From: an uncultured virus (IMG/VR IMGVR_UViG_3300042465_005830)
Lineage: Duplodnaviria > Heunggongvirae > Uroviricota > Caudoviricetes
Length of the DNA: 20,000 nucleotides
Direction: 5' to 3' (one strand)
IMG/VR virus record: IMGVR_UViG_3300042465_005830
Coordinates: 56,414-76,413 of that record
Part shown: positions 15,832-20,000 of the stretch, in pieces
How positions within the stretch are numbered: the stretch's first letter is position 1
Layout of the letters: the number at the start of each line of letters is the position of its first letter
The notes under the pieces: model-generated
Told to the model about the DNA's origin: nothing
Database searches by the model: none
What the model saw: only the letters and a program-made list of their open reading frames with translations
Program-made: the position numbers and the translations under genes

Positions 15832-16755
15832 ATGGCAGAATTAAATCAAGCAGAAGTAGTAAAGATTGCCGGAAAGCATCTTGGTAAAGTAGGAGGAGAA
15901 GGTTATAAGGATACTTATGATCCAGAATTATTAGTAGAGATTCCTCGTTACTTAAACAGAGAAGCATACGGAATAGACGATAACAACTTACCATTTGTTG
16001 GAGGAGATGTTTGGAATGCATACGAAGTATCAGCAATCACTACAAAAGGACTTCCAGTAGTAGGGATGTTGAAAATTTACTATCCAGCAGATTCAAAACT
16101 TCACGTAGAGTCTAAATCTATCAAATTGTATTTGAATTCATTCAATATGACTCAAATGGGAGATACAGCAGCAGAGTGTATTGCAATTTTAAAAGATAGA
16201 GTAAAGAGAGATTTATCTGAGAAGTTACAAACAAATGTAGAAGTAGAGATGTTTACTTCAGACTTTGGACCAGCATATGCATTTAAAGGATATGCACAAT
16301 TGGATCAAATAGCTAATCTAGATAATATTGAATTTACTTCTTATCATTCAGATGCTACACAATTGGAAACAGAAGAAGTAGATGATGATTTCGAAATTGG
16401 AGTAATCAAAATACAATCAAATCTTTTAAGATCAAATTGTAGAGTAACAAATCAACCAGACTGGGGTGATGTATTTATTCACATTAAACCTAAAGCAGGA
16501 GTTGTTCCTAATTTAGAATCATTAGCAAAATATATTGTAAGTCACAGACAAGTAAGTCACTTCCACGAAGAGATTTGTGAAATGGTTTACATGCACTTAA
16601 GAGAAGCTTACAATCCAGAAGAATTAATGGTAGCTTGTCTTTACACTCGTAGAGGAGGATTAGATATTAATCCAGTAAGAGCTTCACATAAGGAATTAAT
16701 CCCAAGCTTCTTTGCAGATGTAAAATGCAGAATGGAAAAAACATTACGCCAATAA
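15832..16755 (+). CDS. queF: NADPH-dependent preQ0 reductase, bimodular (E. coli YqcD-type)
   Basis: DVWNAYEVS, QueF motif ESKSIKLYLNSF, catalytic LRSNCRVTNQPDWG, FHEEICE and YTRRGGLDINP. Confidence 0.95.
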   Translation: MAELNQAEVVKIAGKHLGKVGGEGYKDTYDPELLVEIPRYLNREAYGIDDNNLPFVGGDVWNAYEVSAITTKGLPVVGMLKIYYPADSKLHVESKSIKLYLNSFNMTQMGDTAAECIAILKDRVKRDLSEKLQTNVEVEMFTSDFGPAYAFKGYAQLDQIANLDNIEFTSYHSDATQLETEEVDDDFEIGVIKIQSNLLRSNCRVTNQPDWGDVFIHIKPKAGVVPNLESLAKYIVSHRQVSHFHEEICEMVYMHLREAYNPEELMVACLYTRRGGLDINPVRASHKELIPSFFADVKCRMEKTLRQ

Positions 16756-17024
16756 TGGAAGCTAATTCAAGACAAGAAGAAGTACTTGAGTTGATTGCAA
16801 GGAGAGTACCGCCAGGTGATAATTGGAAAGGAGAGTGGTATGGATTTCCTCCTGGAGTAATTGAAGGACTAGTACCAACTCTATCGGCTTATATGAGAGC
16901 GACAGAATTTAAAGGAGCTTATAGATTAGAACCTTTAAAAGGAGAGCTCTACGCTATTAAAACACAGACAGTTACTTGGACACCTCCAGAGCCAGAAAAG
17001 TTTGACCTTTACGGGGAATATTAA
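16755..17024 (+). CDS. hypothetical protein
   Basis: Probable start ATG 16755 (TAATG coupling with queF). Confidence 0.65.
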   Translation: MEANSRQEEVLELIARRVPPGDNWKGEWYGFPPGVIEGLVPTLSAYMRATEFKGAYRLEPLKGELYAIKTQTVTWTPPEPEKFDLYGEY

Positions 17025-17027
17025 TAA

Positions 17028-17055
17028 AAAAGAGTTGCTTAACCGCAGCTCTTTT
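17028..17055 (+). terminator. intrinsic terminator overlapping promoter P8
   Basis: AAAAGAGTTGC-TTAACC-GCAGCTCTTTT hairpin with T tract after the stop at 17024. Confidence 0.7.
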
Positions 17056-17065
17056 CGTATCTTTA
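17035..17065 (+). promoter_or_regulatory. Bacteroidota-type promoter P8
   Basis: TTG(17035-17037)-N20-TATCTTTA(17058-17065). Confidence 0.75.
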
Positions 17066-17092
17066 TATTATATAAATTAAAAAAGGTTATGT

Positions 17093-17497
17093 ATGAAAGT
17101 CCATCAAAGTTTTGAAAAGGTTAATACTTTTTCTGCACATGAAGATCCAAACAAGTTAAGATTAGATAACTGGCCTTATAAGTCAAGACAGACTAGAAAA
17201 GCTGTATACTTACTTGTACAGAAAGGAAAGGTTATTAAAGTAGGGCAGTCTATAGATTTCTATAGAAGAATGGATAATTACAAGTACAGACAAGGGTATG
17301 CTTGTGCAGTACTTACTCCTGTCTTAAATAAAATGATAGTAGATAATGGTTCTGATATAGAACTTTATGTAAGGTTTTATGACCAAGCTCTTACCAGAGT
17401 AGACGAATGGGGGGAAGAAGTACTACAAACAGATTGTGTTTTCGCAGCCGAGAAAAAATGGAAAGAGTATTATAGTTCTACAATAATGTTTAAGTAA
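17093..17497 (+). CDS. GIY-YIG-like endonuclease (possible free-standing homing endonuclease)
   Basis: AVYLL...IKVGQS..F.RR..NY and a downstream AAEK Glu follow the GIY-YIG pattern. Confidence 0.6.
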   Translation: MKVHQSFEKVNTFSAHEDPNKLRLDNWPYKSRQTRKAVYLLVQKGKVIKVGQSIDFYRRMDNYKYRQGYACAVLTPVLNKMIVDNGSDIELYVRFYDQALTRVDEWGEEVLQTDCVFAAEKKWKEYYSSTIMFK

Positions 17498-17505
17498 AAT
17501 CAGTT

Positions 17506-19839
17506 ATGCAAATAGAAAAAAAATATTACCACGTCGACAGTATTGAAACTGTCAATTTACTTATCGAACATATTAATCAGTCGGAGGTTATTTCCTACGA
17601 TACTGAGACAACTGGACTAAATGTAAGAAGGGATCAAGTTGTAGGATGGTCTGTATCAGGAGAAGAAGGAATAGGATTCTACCTTCCTACTCAGAAGTGG
17701 AATACAGAAACAAATCAATTAGAGGAATGTACTATCGGCGGAAAAGGAGCACATGACATTACTAAAAAGTTACTCCCGCTGCTTAAGGGTAAGAAACTGG
17801 TAATGCACAATGCTTCTTTTGACTGCCGTATTACTAAGAACTATTACGGAGTATCTTTATTGGAAGATCTATGGGTAGATACAGCTCTCCTTGTTCATAC
17901 AGTACAGGAAGAAGGAGCCGGCATGGGAGTATTTGGACTAAAAGCATTAGCAATCTCAATTCAGAAAGAGATAGGTCTGAATGTAGAAGAAGCAGCCAAC
18001 AAAGAGCAGGTAGAGCTAAAAGAATCTATCAAAGCAAATGGAGGATCAACTACAAAAGATCTTTACGAAATCTTTAAAGCAGATATGGCAATCCTCTCTA
18101 AGTATGCTGCTGCCGATACGGATTTAACTTTAAGGGTTTGTAATCACTTCCTAAAAGTTTTAAAAGAAGAAGGACTAGAGAAATTCTTCTTTGAAGAAGA
18201 AGTAATGCCTCTTTACAAAGAAGTAACTGTTCCAATGGAAGAGTTAGGAGTAGCTTTAGATCTTCCGTTACTAGAAAAGACTAAAGAAGATATTACAAAC
18301 GATTTAGAATCGAATAAGAGAATTGTAATCAATAGCATCTTAGCTATTCCAGAAGCAAAAGAATGGGTAGTTGATACAGCACTATATACTTACCCTCCTT
18401 CACATAAAGGTAACTGGGCACAGAATTTAATCATGCTTCATTCCCTACCATTAGAAAGAAGTGAGAAGACTGGAAAGTATTCATTAACTAAAAAAGCTAT
18501 TGAAGAGTTAGAAGAGAGTAACGTAAAACAATTCTTACTGACAGGAGAGTTAGATCTACTAGATGAAATGGAAGTTGTTAGAATCTCTATGTCGATGTGG
18601 AAGGAAGAGAATGAAGGAGAGTATTTGAATATTCAGTCTAAGAAACACTTAGGTGAGATTGCATTCAAGTATATGGGAATCAAACCTCTTACTCAGACTA
18701 AGAAAGGTCAAGATCAATTCGATATGGATATGTTAGAGGAGTTATCTAAGACATACGAATGGGCAAATAATCTTAGAACGTATAATAAGTTATTGAAGAT
18801 TAAATCAACTTACATCGATAGATTCCTGGATGGTCAAGAGGATGGAAGATACTACTTCTACTATAAACAAAACGGTACAGTATCAGGACGATATGGTTCA
18901 GATGCTCAGCAATTACCAAAGCCTAAAGAAGAAGGAGAAGATACTCCACTACTTGTAAAATATACAAATGTAGTAAGAGAGTTCTTAATTGCAGGAGAAG
19001 GAAGAAAGTTAATCGATAATGACTATACTTCTCTAGAACCTCACTGCTTTGCTTCTGTAGCAGGTGATATTAATCTTCAAGAGATCTTTAACAACGGATG
19101 GGACTTTTATTCTACAGTTGCTATTAGAACTGAGAAGCTTGATCAGGATAGAGTAAAATATCCAGACGGTGTTTCACCTGATACTAAATCTCCTATCTTC
19201 TTAAAGAAACTAGATCCAGTAAAAAGAAATCAAGCTAAGGCTTATTCATTAGGAATTGCATACGGAATGGAAGCATATGCTCTAGCAAAAACTCTAGACA
19301 TATCTCAAAAAGAAGCTGATACTTTAGTAGCAGGTTACTTAGATGGATTTCCTCAATTAAAAGAATGGAGAATTAATTCTAGAGAGCAAGTAAAGAAGCA
19401 TGGCTTTATTCAAAATAAAGTAGGACGAATCAGACACTTACCTAAAGTAAAACTTATCTTTGAAAAGTTTGGAGATCAAGTATTGGATTGGAGATTCAGA
19501 AAGAGTCTTGAAGAGCAGTATGGAAAAGATCCTGTAATGCAGATGTATAGAGATTACCGAAATGGATTAAACAACTGCTTGAACTACCAGCTACAGTCAC
19601 TAGCAGCGGCGGTTGTAAACAGAGCAGCAATTCAGATCAATAGAAAAGCAAAAGAGTTAGGAATAGATGCTAGAGTACAAGCTCAGATTCATGACCAGTT
19701 GATCATAAATGTAAGAGAAGATCAAGCAGAAATGTTCATGCCTTACGTTCAAGAGTTGATGGAACTAACAACACAGCTTCCAGGAGTAACTCTAAAAGCA
19801 CCACCACAAATAGCAAATAACTTTGCAGAAGGTCATTAG
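17506..19839 (+). CDS. polA: family A DNA polymerase with 3'-5' exonuclease, no 5'-3' exonuclease domain
   Basis: ExoI DTETTG, ExoII HNASFD, ExoIII YAAAD; TVSGR; motif A DYTSLE; motif B RNQAKAYSLGIAYG; motif C IHDQ. Confidence 0.95.
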   Translation: MQIEKKYYHVDSIETVNLLIEHINQSEVISYDTETTGLNVRRDQVVGWSVSGEEGIGFYLPTQKWNTETNQLEECTIGGKGAHDITKKLLPLLKGKKLVMHNASFDCRITKNYYGVSLLEDLWVDTALLVHTVQEEGAGMGVFGLKALAISIQKEIGLNVEEAANKEQVELKESIKANGGSTTKDLYEIFKADMAILSKYAAADTDLTLRVCNHFLKVLKEEGLEKFFFEEEVMPLYKEVTVPMEELGVALDLPLLEKTKEDITNDLESNKRIVINSILAIPEAKEWVVDTALYTYPPSHKGNWAQNLIMLHSLPLERSEKTGKYSLTKKAIEELEESNVKQFLLTGELDLLDEMEVVRISMSMWKEENEGEYLNIQSKKHLGEIAFKYMGIKPLTQTKKGQDQFDMDMLEELSKTYEWANNLRTYNKLLKIKSTYIDRFLDGQEDGRYYFYYKQNGTVSGRYGSDAQQLPKPKEEGEDTPLLVKYTNVVREFLIAGEGRKLIDNDYTSLEPHCFASVAGDINLQEIFNNGWDFYSTVAIRTEKLDQDRVKYPDGVSPDTKSPIFLKKLDPVKRNQAKAYSLGIAYGMEAYALAKTLDISQKEADTLVAGYLDGFPQLKEWRINSREQVKKHGFIQNKVGRIRHLPKVKLIFEKFGDQVLDWRFRKSLEEQYGKDPVMQMYRDYRNGLNNCLNYQLQSLAAAVVNRAAIQINRKAKELGIDARVQAQIHDQLIINVREDQAEMFMPYVQELMELTTQLPGVTLKAPPQIANNFAEGH

Positions 19840-19842
19840 AAG

Positions 19843-19873
19843 TTGTTTCCTTAGATATTTATTCATATATTAG
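19843..19873 (+). promoter_or_regulatory. Bacteroidota-type promoter P9
   Basis: TTG(19843-19845)-N20-TATATTAG(19866-19873). Confidence 0.7.
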
Positions 19874-19902
19874 TAAAATAAGTTATTAACCAAATCAAGT
19901 TT

Positions 19903-20000
19903 ATGTCACAAGAGTTATCAGCTAACAGCGACAGAGTTATTGTAAAGCCTGTTGAATCAGGAGAAGAAAGATTCGGAAGTATTATCATTCCGGATATGGG
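19903..20000 (+). CDS. groES: co-chaperonin GroES-like, 3' truncated by window
   Basis: MSQELSANSDRVIVKPVESGEERFGSIIIPDM matches the GroES N-terminus (DRV.VK....EE....IIIPD). Confidence 0.75.
   Translation, partial: MSQELSANSDRVIVKPVESGEERFGSIIIPDM

Noticed and set aside
366..16036. All minus-strand ORFs in the track (e.g. 366-599, 2742-3002, 5012-5299, 7360-7608, 12141-12485, 14534-14797, 15818-16036)
   Set aside because: Each lies antisense to a well-supported + strand gene, has no recognisable motif, and no minus-strand promoter motif was noticed.
12613..16660. Further TCGTAG hexamers inside folE (about 12615) and queF (about 16647)
   Set aside because: Both encode Arg-Arg-Gly in conserved protein motifs and lack the P1 stem and AAAAAC tail arrangement, so they are not aptamers.
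9028..16755. Reading the que genes as auxiliary tRNA-queuosine or folate/purine metabolism genes
   Set aside because: There is no queA or queG/queH and no canonical Zn-binding tRNA TGT in the window. The DpdA3-like plus formyltransferase plus PolA context fits DNA modification better, though this is not formally excluded.
6113..18077. Nested + strand alternative-frame ORFs 6113-6295, 13194-13547 and 17871-18077
   Set aside because: They lie fully inside thyA, the MazG-like gene and polA, with no recognisable motifs.
1..20000. Stop-codon reassignment (alternative genetic code)
   Set aside because: Conserved genes are intact under code 11, and TAA, TAG and TGA all end genes at expected positions.
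1..20000. CRISPR array, tRNA genes, introns or inteins
   Set aside because: No regularly spaced repeats were seen, and intergenic gaps are too short and already explained. polA and thyA are uninterrupted and show no intein-like termini.

Overview
AT-rich, densely packed, entirely + strand window from what is very likely a large lytic phage of a Bacteroidota (Flavobacterium-like) host. Support for that host: nine TTG-N20-TAT(A/C)TT(T/A)(A/G) promoter-like sites resembling the Bacteroidota -33/-7 promoter, A-rich starts without Shine-Dalgarno, and a DUF4494-like gene. The left half holds small accessory genes plus a GH73 muralytic enzyme, a cREC-domain fusion, an SGNH hydrolase, a metallophosphoesterase, ThyA and a GT4 glycosyltransferase. 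The right half (8.5-19.8 kb) is a 7-deazaguanine DNA-modification locus: queD, queE, folE, queF, a TGT-fold DpdA3-like protein and a PurN-like formyltransferase (DpdN-like; predicted base formyl-preQ1). These are interleaved with a Gpt-like phosphoribosyltransferase, a MazG-like pyrophosphatase, a P-loop kinase and a secreted NucA-type nuclease, and followed by a divergent family A DNA polymerase and the start of groES. The most striking unannotated signal is two class I preQ1 riboswitch-like aptamers (8510-8536, 12112-12138) with compensatory stem changes. Each lies between a promoter and the start codon of a transcript for the upstream biosynthetic steps, suggesting RNA-based feedback control of phage DNA-base synthesis. 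All family calls come from motif recognition by eye; no searches were run.
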